This document shows positions 39,177 to 50,600 of a stretch of 64,000 nt of DNA, piece by piece. The position numbers and the translations under genes are program-made. Location of the stretch: positions 620,001-684,000 of the forward strand of contig OY986949.1 in assembly GCA_963920595.1 (NCBI GenBank), in the 5' to 3' direction. How positions within the stretch are numbered: the first letter of the stretch is position 1; each line of letters starts with the position of its first letter. The notes below the pieces were generated by a model. That model ran no database searches and was not told where the DNA came from. It saw only the letters and a list, made by a program, of their open reading frames with translations. This DNA is from Eimeria praecox. Lineage: Eukaryota.

Positions 39177-42100
39177 TTTCCTAGTCGTATCGACGCCACT
39201 GCAAATTTATGAATAGTGACAAGCAGAACGTTGCACGAGCGACGCAGAGCCCAGGAGCAGCAGCTGTTCCGTCAGTTGCTGCGTCAGGGATGAATTGCTT
39301 CAGCACTGGTTAGGTCGTGGATGCCAGCCGGCCAGCCTCAGCAAGCCCATACTCCCTTAATTATGCACTTACATGGACCACAATTGTTTTTCAAAGCGGA
39401 CGAGCCTTGCATCCTATTGGAGAGCATGCTGGTGTGCCCTCGTCGCCTCAGGCGGTACCTGGCCCACCTTCCTTCATTTACCATGAACAGCTTGCTGCCT
39501 GTTGCAGTCTAAGGTTGCCGACTCTGCATGGTGCATTCCACTGCGTGCCACTTATCAATGTTATGTTGAGTGCAACAAAGCCTTGATCTAGTATGGGAAG
39601 GGACTAGGGAAACATAAATCTATGTGGACTGCCCAATCAACAAAATCGGAATACATGCGTTGAACGTAGACGTATTGATGTGATATGAAACTCCGAAGTT
39701 GCCGTGCTTTGTCCTTGGCATAAACAGGACTCGAGCTTTGCAACGATAGGTAATAGATTACTTATATACTCGAGGGTGACAAACAGAACTGCATATGAGG
39801 TCATCACAGCAGCCAAAGGGTTACAGGAAGCGAACATTTAACTCAGCTGCATTGCACTTGGTTGCTGCAGCTATTGGGAGAGCCTGTCTTTCTACAGTTA
39901 AGTGTAACATTAATTCAACTCACCAGCCCCTGCATGGGTGCTCCTCTAGTCAAATGCTTGCCGTAAAGCGCAAAGGCTCTCCACGGAAACCCTGTAATAT
40001 TCATCTGGAATACGTAGGATACTTATCCTTGCGTTGCACCTTTCCAAGTGTTGTTGCTGCTAGACTAGTTCATGCACTACACAGTCAGCACGCACAATGT
40101 TGCATGGATTTGGCAAAGCGTTGCCAAGGGAATTGTGTATCGCTTGCGAAGTACTGCGCAACTAACCGGGTGTCCGGCAGCCTGGAAACTTCCCTTGTTT
40201 TGGAGGCCGCAGATGGGGGTAAGGTTGCACTAGCGTTGGTGTCTGAAGAACCTGTGTCGAGCAATCCAGTTCGTTGCTCTACGGAGATATAGCCACTGGC
40301 GAGAGAAAGTGACCTCGCCGTACAGACGATTTAAGGGGCACCTGATGAGGCAAGGCTGCTTCCCTGGGTTTTAATCAGGAGCGAGCGAGAGCTGGATCTA
40401 TGGCCAGACATACTTTGTATTTCCCCATAGATTCTGCCTGCCACTCGCCTCTAATAGCCTGCAAATAATGAGACGAAATCTTGGCCGACGGTATTTGTTT
40501 CCGTGAGAACGGAGAAGATCTGGACTACCCAGCCCAAAGCAATGGCATCACCTCCAATTTTGCGCTGCTGGAGGTGCCCACTGTTTCGCTATCACTGGAC
40601 CAGCCATCAACGCAGCAATGAAATGACGGCGTGTATATCTGAGCCCACGAGGCAAAGGGTGCAAGCATGACTGCCTACTCACTAAGGAAGGAAAGCGCAT
40701 GCTCAGTCACGTCACCACCGATAGCATGAGTGGTTAAGCCAGCGCAGGCAAAACCCAGCACAGACCGGCTCGCATCTTCTGTTACACACACGGCCTTCAG
40801 CACCTGTGACAGTACGCAAAGACCCCATTTCTGCTTCGCGTCCGCGCAGTAAACACAAATTATCAGCATTGTCATGTGATGTTTCTACCGCACTTTCGCT
40901 TGAAAGGACGATGCAGATTTAGGGAGTGAAACGGGCACTGAACCAATATTATGCTCTGAGCATGGGGCTACAGCGTCACGAAAATTCCGAGGCGCAGTGG
41001 AAAAGCCACGAGATTGTGCATATCCTACTCTGCATTAGAACAACGCGGAGGTGCGTAAATGCTTAAACACCCGCAACTCAAGATGGCCACTTGCCATTCA
41101 TGCTGTGAAGAGAAAGATACAAAAGGGAAGGCACGTGTAGTCCATGCAATAGTGCAATAGACGAGGTACCCAGCAGTGTTCTGTTTCGTTCTGCTTCTGA
41201 ACAGCGCAGAGTACACAGTGCTCCCTTACTCATGCATGTTTTAGATATATGGAGGGATTATCTAGCTTAGAGGTGGATGCCGGATGAGAGCGCGATGCCT
41301 TGTGCAGCTGCTAGAGTGAGTCATCTCATATTTTAGGGACACTACAGGAGGGGCAGAAGGAGAGCGGAAGCCTGCTGCAGTGTCACTGCCCCTTTCACGA
41401 CCCGAAACAAGACCCTTCGTTAAAGGTGAAACAATGGATTAATCCAGAATATATCGTGCAGTGTGGTGAGCTGCATGAAGGAGCTTTTCTTTCTAATATC
41501 TGCACCCTAATGCTTGATGATGTCCACTCCTGACTGGTTCGCGAGGAATAACCCAACGAAAAGGTGCGTCAGGAGGACACTACATGTACCACTTTTCGCC
41601 TCGAAATTTTCGGTTTGGCTCAATCGTAAAGCGGGCCCTTATGCTTACACTAGCTGGCTGTCTGAGGGGTAAGCTGCTGCTCCATGGTTGTGCACGAGTC
41701 CCCTGAGGGGCCCTAGTGACCCATATTCACGAGGTTTGTGTGCAAGCCATCTGCATCTTTAAGTTCTCATCAGAACATTGCCAGAATTGAAATTGGACTG
41801 CATTGAAAACCATCAAGGTGCTTCTGCTGTGGCTAGGGAAGAGCTGCAGGAAACGACGCATTGGGGCACGAAGCCCTTCCAATGTGACTTGCTACCAATC
41901 ACCTGGCCACAATAGATCAGGCCTTTTCCGTCCATTACAAGTGCAGTAAACATATCAAGTGTTAGGATTAATTGATCAAAATTCAAATATAATCAAGGAA
42001 GACCGCCTTCAGGATGCAACGAAGCTCCAACCGAACGCCCGAGGTCCCGGGCCTCGCTTGCCGACAGACCCTAGCCCACTGGACTGATGTCACGCTACCC

Positions 42101-42687
42101 GCCTCGCGGCTAGCTTGTGGCCTTGTCCACTTTAATCAGTTTCGCTCTCAATCACCTGCAAATATCCGAATTAACAAGCAAACAAAGTATTGCCTTTTTC
42201 AAAACCTTTTGTTTTTTCAATATTATTATCGCGTTAGCGTCTGTGTCTGCAAAGCAGCGAGTGTCCTGCCATCGACAGCCCAGGCAATTATCTTCGGAAA
42301 CAACTTTCGTCACGCTATCTGCTTCTCTCACCGCTTCTAACCGTCTGAATATTATAGTCTGCTGTGAGGTCTTTCATCCTCACCAAGGTAAGAAGGCAAG
42401 AATTCCCTCCACGGCTGCGAGCCTTTACCCAGCAAAGCGAATTCTTAGTGTCTTTGGTCAGAATCTTTGGCGCCTTCGGTCACTGGGTGCACTCCTACAC
42501 GCCTTGATGAAGCCGCTATCCTCATAGCTCCTTTACGCCCATTGGATGTTTTGTACATCACTCAAGTAGCAAAGTTTGGACCTTAGGACATGGTGTACGC
42601 GCCACAGGCCCACTCAATGTCCATCGTGTGCTCTGCCTTTGGCCTGTCATCCGCAGCCTGGACGGAAACTACTGAAACTACTGGAGA

Positions 42688-43476
42688 ATGATGCTCATAA
42701 GCTACCCGCTACATAGGGCATGTACCCTACTAGCTCTCCTTGGTGTCTTTGGGGGTTCTGAGGCAAATTACATGCCAAGCTCCTCATCAGGACTCTCCGT
42801 GCAGGAGCAGTTCACTAGAGAAGAGCCCGGACAGCTTCTAGACGGAAGTACGCCATGCTTGATTTATTGCTTACTCTGCTGAGTGCTTGAGCATCAGATA
42901 GTTTCAGTTCATATTGCATGAACATTCTTCAGGTGTTCATGGAATGGGCCGGGTCATTCTGTTCCTCGTTGTGTCTCCCGTTACCTCTCAGAAATTCCGC
43001 GTAACGACGGCGGTGGCTTTCGTAGTGGTGGTCAGAAGAGCAGTGATGGCGGCTTCGGGGAGGAGAAGGAAACTCCTCCGCATGAGTATCCCGAGATGGC
43101 AGCTATACCAATGATGGCTGAAGCCGTCTTGGAGGACTGCGAGGATGAGGAAGAAGAGAAAGAAGAAGAAACTTCAGGCAGCACAAGGAGTAGCGATGAA
43201 TCTTCGTCAAAAGAAGCTGACGAAGCTGCTTCGTTCAGAAAGGTACAGACATATAACACAACGGAGAGCGGTCCTCATCTGTTTGGTAGTAAAGGAATCC
43301 CCTGCTCTGGATGCACGGCCTCTAATGTTCAACCAGTCGCACAGCGGAAGACTTACCGGAGAACACCTGCTCATGCGCACCAGCTGCATGCACAATCGGG
43401 AAACCTGCATGGGCCAACCTTGAAGCCGAAGGAAAGATTTGTGGAGGATCTTCCCTTTTCCGACGCCCATTCTTAG
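42688..43476 (+). pseudogene. Copy 6: 5' fragment of the gene fused to the satellite
   Basis: Exon 1, intron 1 (donor gtacgc) and the start of exon 2 are retained. Identity to the unit stops at 43395. The frame continues SGNLHGPTLKPKERFVEDLPFSDAHS* into satellite sequence (stop at 43476). Confidence 0.85.
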
Positions 43477-43911
43477 GCACCACTTGACGGATCCCCAACT
43501 ATACGCATCCAGCAGCGACGAAGCCGCCCAGTCTACCCACCCACCTGCAATACTCGATCCCCAATCGACCCAAACGCGACTCAACGGCGCCGTTGCAGCA
43601 GGAAAGCATCTCCACAAATCTTTTACTCGGATTCAAGCTTCGGCTATTCACCGCAAGGTGCATGGGCCAACCTTGAAGCCGAAGGAAAGATTTGTGGAGA
43701 ATCTTCCCTTCTCCGACGCCCATTCTTAGGCACCACTTGACGGATCCCCAACTATACGCATCCAGCAGCGACGAAGCCGCCCAGTCTACCCACCCACCTG
43801 CAATACTCGATCCCCAACCGACCCAAACGCGACTCAACGGCGCCGTTGCAGAAGCCAAGCATCTCCACAAATCTTTTACTCGGCTTCAAGCTTCGGCTAT
43901 TCTCCTGGCCT
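43406..43911 (+). repeat. Two ~253-bp sub-repeats at the satellite start; the same 253/258-bp sub-repeat occurs about twice inside each 943-bp unit
   Basis: tgcatgggccaaccttgaagccgaaggaaagatttgtggag occurs at 43406 and 43659; ORF starts 43439 and 43692 are 253 apart. Confidence 0.93.
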
Positions 43912-44405
43912 CCGCCAGCCCGAAGCAGATGCATATTGCCGTGACCACTCTCCGCAAGCAACAGAAACGAGATGCAGGACCCACTCTCCACAACAAACTG
44001 ACACGCCTCAGGGATGCTTCCACGGGACACACACATCCGAAGACGTCTTCTTCTTCTGTCCATTGCTAAATGCTCCTCAGCAGCGCGAAAACGACCCTCT
44101 CGGTGCAAACCATACGCAGCAGTGGCGCGCATCCATCAAACATTCAACCAGGCCCCGCTATTCCAGTGCCACTACCAAAACCCACTCCGCAGCGAAGAAG
44201 CCTCCAAGCACTAGGTGAACTTCCTCAAACGAACCAGCAGCTACCCTGGCCCTTGTCAAAGGCGCGTCATGCGCTTTCAACAGATTGCTTCCGGAGAGTC
44301 ATCGCGGCAGTATGCATCTGCTTCGGGCTGGCGCACGCATGGTGAAGGGTCTAACCTTGAAGCCGAAGGAAAGATTTGTGGAGACGTTTTCCTTTTCCCG
44401 ACGCC
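43839..44405. repeat. ~120-bp imperfect inverted repeat (arms 43839-43961 and 44285-44405, spacer 323 bp), repeated along the satellite
   Basis: 43913-43961 matches the reverse complement of 44285-44333 at 44 of 49 nt. The + strand reads SPQIFYSASSFGYSPGLRQPEADAYCRDHSPQA and the - strand reads SPQIFPSASRLDPSPCVRQPEADAYCRDDSPEA. Confidence 0.93.
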
Positions 44406-44523
44406 CACGCTTAGGCAACGCTGGACGGATCCACAACTATACGCATGCAGCAGCGACGAGGAATCCCAGCCTACCCACCCACATGAAATACTCGATCCCC
44501 AACCGACCCCGACACACCTCAAA

Positions 44524-44658
44524 GGCGTCGTTGCAGAAGGGAAGCATCTCCACAAATCTTTTACTCGGCTTCAAGCTTCGGCTATTCACCGCAAGGTGCA
44601 TGGACCAACCTTGAAGCCGAAGGAAAGATTTGTGGAGAATCTTCCCTTCTCCGACGCC
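44524..44658. repeat. ~135-nt imperfect palindrome (fold-back hairpin) with cacc-GCAA-ggtg apex at 44591-44594; one per standard satellite unit
   Basis: The left arm ggcgtcg..agaagggaag..tctccacaaatcttt..tcggcttcaag pairs with the right arm cttgaagccga..aaagatttgtggaga..cttcccttct..cgacgcc. The register is ungapped out to agaagggaag/cttcccttct. Confidence 0.93.
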
Positions 44659-47600
44659 CATTCTGAGGCACCACTTGACGGATCGGATCCCCAACTATAC
44701 GCATCCAGCAGCGACGAAGCCGCCCAGTCTACCCACCCACATGAAATACTCGATCCCCAACCGACCCAAACGCGACTCAACGGCGTCGTCGCAGAAGCGA
44801 AGCATCTCCACAAATCTTTTACTCGGCTTCAAGCTTCGGCTATTCTCCTGGCCTCCGCCAGCCCGATGCAGATGCATATTGCCGTGACCACTCTCCGCAA
44901 GCAACAGAAACGAGATGCAGGACCCACTCTCCACAACAAACTGACACGCCTCAGGGATGCCTCCACGGGACACACACATCCGAAGACGTCTTCTTCTTCT
45001 GTCCATTGCTAAATGCTCCTCAGCAGCGCGAAAACGACCCTCTCGGTGCAAACCATACGCAGCAGTGGCGCGCATCCATCAAACATTCAACCAGGCCCCA
45101 CTATTCCAGTGCCACTACCAAAACCCACTCCGCAGCGAAGAAGCCTCCAAGCATTAGATGAACTTCCTCAAACGAACCAGCAGCTACCCTGGCCCTTGTC
45201 AAAGGCGCGTCATGCGCTTTCAACAGATTGCTTCCGGAGAGTCATCACGGCAGTATGCATCTGCTTCGGGCTGGCGCACGCATGGTGAAGGGTCTAACCT
45301 TGAAGCCGAAGGAAAGATTTGTGGAGACGTTTTCCTTTTCCCGACGCCCACGCTTAGGCAACGCTGGACGGATCCACAACTATACGCATGCAGCAGCGAC
45401 GAGGAATCCCAGCCTACCCACCCACATGAAATACTCGATCCCCAACCGACCCCGACACACCTCAACGGCGTCGTTGCAGAAGGGAAGCTTCTCCACAAAT
45501 CTTTTACTCGGCTTCAAGCTTCGGCTATTCACCGCAAGGTGCATGGACCAACCTTGAAGCCCAAGGAAAGATTTGTGGAGAATCTTCCCTTCTCCGACGC
45601 CCATTCTGAGGCACCACTTGACGGATCGGATCCCCAACTATACGCATCCAGCAGCGACGAAGCCGCCCAGTCTACCCACCCACATGAAATACTCGATCCC
45701 CAACCGACCCAAACGCGACTCAACGGCGTCGTCGCAGAAGCGAAGCATCTCCACAAATCTTTTACTCGGCTTCAAGCTTCGGCTATTCTCCTGGCCTCCG
45801 CCAGCCCGATGCAGATGCATATTGCCGTGACCACTCTCCGCAAGCAACAGAAACGAGATGCAGGACCCACTCTCCACAACAAACTGACACGCCTCAGGGA
45901 TGCCTCCACGGGACACACACATCCGAAGACGTCTTCTTCTTCTGTCCATTGCTAAATGCTCCTCAGCAGCGCGAAAACGACCCTCTCGGTGCAAACCATA
46001 CGCAGCAGTGGCGCGCATCCATCAAACATTCAACCAGGCCCCGCTATTCCAGTGCCACTACCAAAACCCACTCCGCAGCGAAGAAGCCTCCAAGCACTAG
46101 GTGAACTTCCTCAAACGAACCAGCAGCTACCCTGGCCCTTGTCAAAGCCGCGTCATGCGCTTTCAACAGATTGCTTCCGGAGAGTCATCGCGGCAGTATG
46201 CATCTGCTTCGGGCTGGCGCACGCATGGTGAAGGGTCTAACCTTGAAGCCGAAGGAAAGATTTGTGGAGACGTTTTCCTTTTCCCGACGCCCACGCTTAG
46301 GCAACGCTGGACGGATCCACAACTATACGCATGCAGCAGCGACGAGGAATCCCAGCCTACCCACCCACATGAAATACTCGATCCCCAACCGACCCCGACA
46401 CACCTCAAAGGCGTCGTTGCAGAAGGGAAGCATCTCCACAAATCTTTTACTCGGCTTCAAGCTTCGGCTATTCACCGCAAGGTGCATGGACCAACCTTGA
46501 AGCCGAAGGAAAGATTTGTGGAGAATCTTCCCTTCTCCGACGCCCATTCTGAGGCACCACTTGACGGATCGGATCCCCAACTATACGCATCCAGCAGCGA
46601 CGAAGCCGCCCAGTCTACCCACCCACCTGCAATACTCGATCCCCAACCGACCCAAACGCGACTCAACGGCGCCGTCGCAGCAGGGAAGCATCTCCACAAA
46701 TCTTTTACTCGGCTTCAAGCTTCGGCTATTCTCCTGGCCTCCGCCAGCCCGAAGCAGATGCATATTGCCGTGACCACTCTCCGCAAGCAACAGAAACGAG
46801 ATGCAGGACCCACTCTCCACAACAAACTGACACGCCTCAGGGATGCTTCCACGGGACACACACATCCGAAGACGTCTTCTTCTTCTGTCCATTGCTAAAT
46901 GCTCCTCAGCAGCGCGAAAACGACCCTCTCGGTGCAAACCATACGCAGCAGTGGCGCGCATCCATCAAACATTCAACCAGGCCCCGCTATTCCAGTGCCA
47001 CTACCAAAACGCACTCCGCAGCGAAGAAGCCTCCAAGCACTAGGTGAACTTCCTCAAACGAACCAGCAGCTACCCTGGCCCTTGTCAAAGGCGCGTCATG
47101 CGCTTTCAACAGATTGCTTCCGGAGAGTCATCGCGGCAGTATGCATCTGCTTCGGGCTGGCGCACGCATGGTGAAGGGTCTAACCTTGAAGCCGAAGGAA
47201 AGATTTGTGGAGACGTTTTCCTTTTCCCGACGCCCACGCTTAGGCAACGCTGGACGGATCCACAACTATACGCATGCAGCAGCGACGAGGAATCCCAGCC
47301 TACCCACCCACATGAAATACTCGATCCCCAACCGACCCCGACACACCTCAACGGCGTCGTTGCAGAAGGGAAGCATCTCCACAAATCTTTTACTCGGCTT
47401 CAAGCTTCGGCTATTCACCGCAAGGTGCATGGACCAACCTTGAAGCCCAAGGAAAGATTTGTGGAGAATCTTCCCTTCTCCGACGCCCATTCTGAGGCAC
47501 CACTTGACGGATCGGATCCCCAACTATACGCATCCAGCAGCGACGAAGCCGCCCAGTCTACCCACCCACATGAAATACTCGATCCCCAACCGACCCAAAC

Positions 47601-50600
47601 GCGACTCAACGGCGTCGTCGCAGAAGCGAAGCATCTCCACAAATCTTTTACTCGGCTTCAAGCTTCGGCTATTCTCCTGGCCTCCGCCAGCCCGATGCAG
47701 ATGCATATTGCCGTGACCACTCTCCGCAAGCAACAGAAACGAGATGCAGGACCCACTCTCCACAACAAACTGACACGCCTCAGGGATGCCTCCACGGGAC
47801 ACACACATCCGAAGACGTCTTCTTCTTCTGTCCATTGCTAAATGCTCCTCAGCAGCGCGAAAACGACCCTCTCGGTGCAAACCATACGCAGCAGTGGCGC
47901 GCATCCATCAAACATTCAACCAGGCCCCGCTATTCCAGTGCCACTACCAAAACCCACTCCGCAGCGAAGAAGCCTCCAAGCACTAGGTGAACTTCCTCAA
48001 ACGAACCAGCAGCTACCCTGGCCCTTGTCAAAGCCGCGTCATGCGCTTTCAACAGATTGCTTCCGGAGAGTCATCGCGGCAGTATGCATCTGCTTCGGGC
48101 TGGCGCACGCATGGTGAAGGGTCTAACCTTGAAGCCGAAGGAAAGATTTGTGGAGACGTTTTCCTTTTCCCGACGCCCACGCTTAGGCAACGCTGGACGG
48201 ATCCACAACTATACGCATGCAGCAGCGACGAGGAATCCCAGCCTACCCACCCACATGAAATACTCGATCCCCAACCGACCCCGACACACCTCAAAGGCGT
48301 CGTTGCAGAAGGGAAGCATCTCCACAAATCTTTTACTCGGCTTCAAGCTTCGGCTATTCACCGCAAGGTGCATGGACCAACCTTGAAGCCGAAGGAAAGA
48401 TTTGTGGAGAATCTTCCCTTCTCCGACGCCCATTCTGAGGCACCACTTGACGGATCGGATCCCCAACTATACGCATCCAGCAGCGACGAAGCCGCCCAGT
48501 CTACCCACCCACCTGCAATACTCGATCCCCAACCGACCCAAACGCGACTCAACGGCGCCGTCGCAGCAGGTAAGCATCTCCACAAATCTTTTACTCGGCT
48601 TCAAGCTTCGGCTATTCTCCTGGCCTCCGCCAGCCCGAAGCAGATGCATATTGCCGTGACCACTCTCCGCAAGCAACAGAAACGAGATGCAGGACCCACT
48701 CTCCACAACAAACTGACACGCCTCAGGGATGCTTCCACGGGACACACACATCCGAAGACGTCTTCTTCTTCTGTCCATTGCTAAATGCTCCTCAGCAGCG
48801 CGAAAACGACCCTCTCGGTGCAAACCATACGCAGCAGTGGCGCGCATCCATCAAACATTCAACCAGGCCCCGCTATTCCAGTGCCACTACCAAAACCCAC
48901 TCCGCAGCGAAGAAGCCTCCAAGCACTAGGTGAACTTCCTCAAACGAACCAGCAGCTACCCTGGCCCTTGTCAAAGCCGCGTCATGCGCTTTCAACAGAT
49001 TGCTTCCGGAGAGTCATCGCGGCAGTATGCATCTGCTTCGGGCTGGCGCACGCATGGTGAAGGGTCTAACCTTGAAGCCGAAGGAAAGATTTGTGGAGAC
49101 GTTTTCCTTTTCCCGACGCCCACGCTTAGGCAACGCTGGACGGATCCACAACTATACGCATGCAGCAGCGACGAGGAATCCCAGCCTACCCACCCACATG
49201 AAATACTCGATCCCCAACCGACCCCGACACACCTCAACGGCGTCGTTGCAGAAGGGAAGCATCTCCACAAATCTTTTACTCGGCTTCAAGCTTCGGCTAT
49301 TCACCGCAAGGTGCATGGGCCAACCTTGAAGCCGAAGGAAAGATTTGTGGAGAATCTTCCCTTCTCCGACGCCCATTCTGAGGCACCACTTGACGGATCG
49401 GATCCCCAGCTATACGCATCCAGCAGCGACGAAGCCGCCCAGTCTACCCACCCACCTGCAATACTCGATCCCCAACCGACCCAAACGCGACTCAACGGCG
49501 TCGTCGCAGAAGCCAAGCATCTCCACAAATCTTTTACTCGGCTTCAAGCTTCGGCTATTCTCCTGGCCTGCGCCAGCCCGAAGCAGATGCATATTGCCGT
49601 GACCACTCTCCGCAAGCAACAGAAACGAGATGCAGGACCCACTCTCCACAACAAACTGACACGCCTCAGGGATGCTTCCACGGGACACACACATCCGAAG
49701 ACGTCTTCTTCTTCTGTCCATTGCTAAATGCTCCTCAGCAGCGCGAAAACGACCCTCTCGGTGCAAACCATACGCAGCAGTGGCGCGCATCCATCAAACA
49801 TTCAACCAGGCCCCGCTATTCCAGTGCCACTACCAAAACCCACTCCGCAGCGAAGAAGCCTCCAAGCACTAGGTGAACTTCCTCAAACGAACCAGCAGCT
49901 ACCCTGGCCCTTGTCAAAGGCGCGTCATGCGCTTTCAACAGATTGCTTCCGGAGAGTCATCACGGCAGTATGCATCTGCTTCGGGCTGGCGCACGCAAGG
50001 TGAAGGGTCTAACCTTGAAGCCGAAGGAAAGATTTGTGGAGACGTTTTCCTTTTCCCGACGCCCACGCTTAGGCAACGCTGGACGGATCCACAACTATAC
50101 GCATGCAGCAGCGACGAGGAATCCCAGCCTACCCACCCACATGAAATACTCGATCCCCAACCGACCCCGACACACCTCAAAGGCGTCGTTGCAGAAGGGA
50201 AGCATCTCCACAAATCTTTTACTCGGCTTCAAGCTTCGGCTATTCACCGCAAGGTGCATGGACCAACCTTGAAGCCGAAGGAAAGATTTGTGGAGAATCT
50301 TCCCTTCTCCGACGCCCATTCTGAGGCACCACTTGACGGATCGGATCCCCAACTATACGCATCCAGCAGCGACGAAGCCGCCCAGTCTACCCACCCACCT
50401 GCAATACTCGATCCCCAACCGACCCAAACGCGACTCAACGGCGCCGTCGCAGCAGGGAAGCATCTCCACAAATCTTTTACTCGGATTCAAGCTTCGGCTA
50501 TTCTCCTGGCCTCCGCCAGCCCGAAGCAGATGCATATTGCCGTGACCACTCTCCGCAAGCAACAGAAACGAGATGCAGGACCCACTCTCCACAACAAACT

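Larger units (their letters stand above)
1..43403 (+). repeat. Tandem gene-containing macro-repeat, 7773-bp unit, ~5.6 copies (open at the left window edge, truncated at the right by the satellite)
   Basis: Near-identical ORFs recur at 4048, 11821, 19594 and 27367 (period 7773), then at 35239 (+7872) and 43096 (+7857). The period changes are fully explained by a 99-bp extra segment and -2/-13/+1/-1 indels. Otherwise the copies differ only by scattered SNPs. Confidence 0.99.

Noticed and set aside
44215..45012. 265-aa and other recurring satellite ORFs as real genes
   Set aside because: The 265-aa ORF starts at GTG, overlapping ORFs exist in most frames on both strands, homology to the gene hops between frames and strands, and a nonsense variant occurs (52911).
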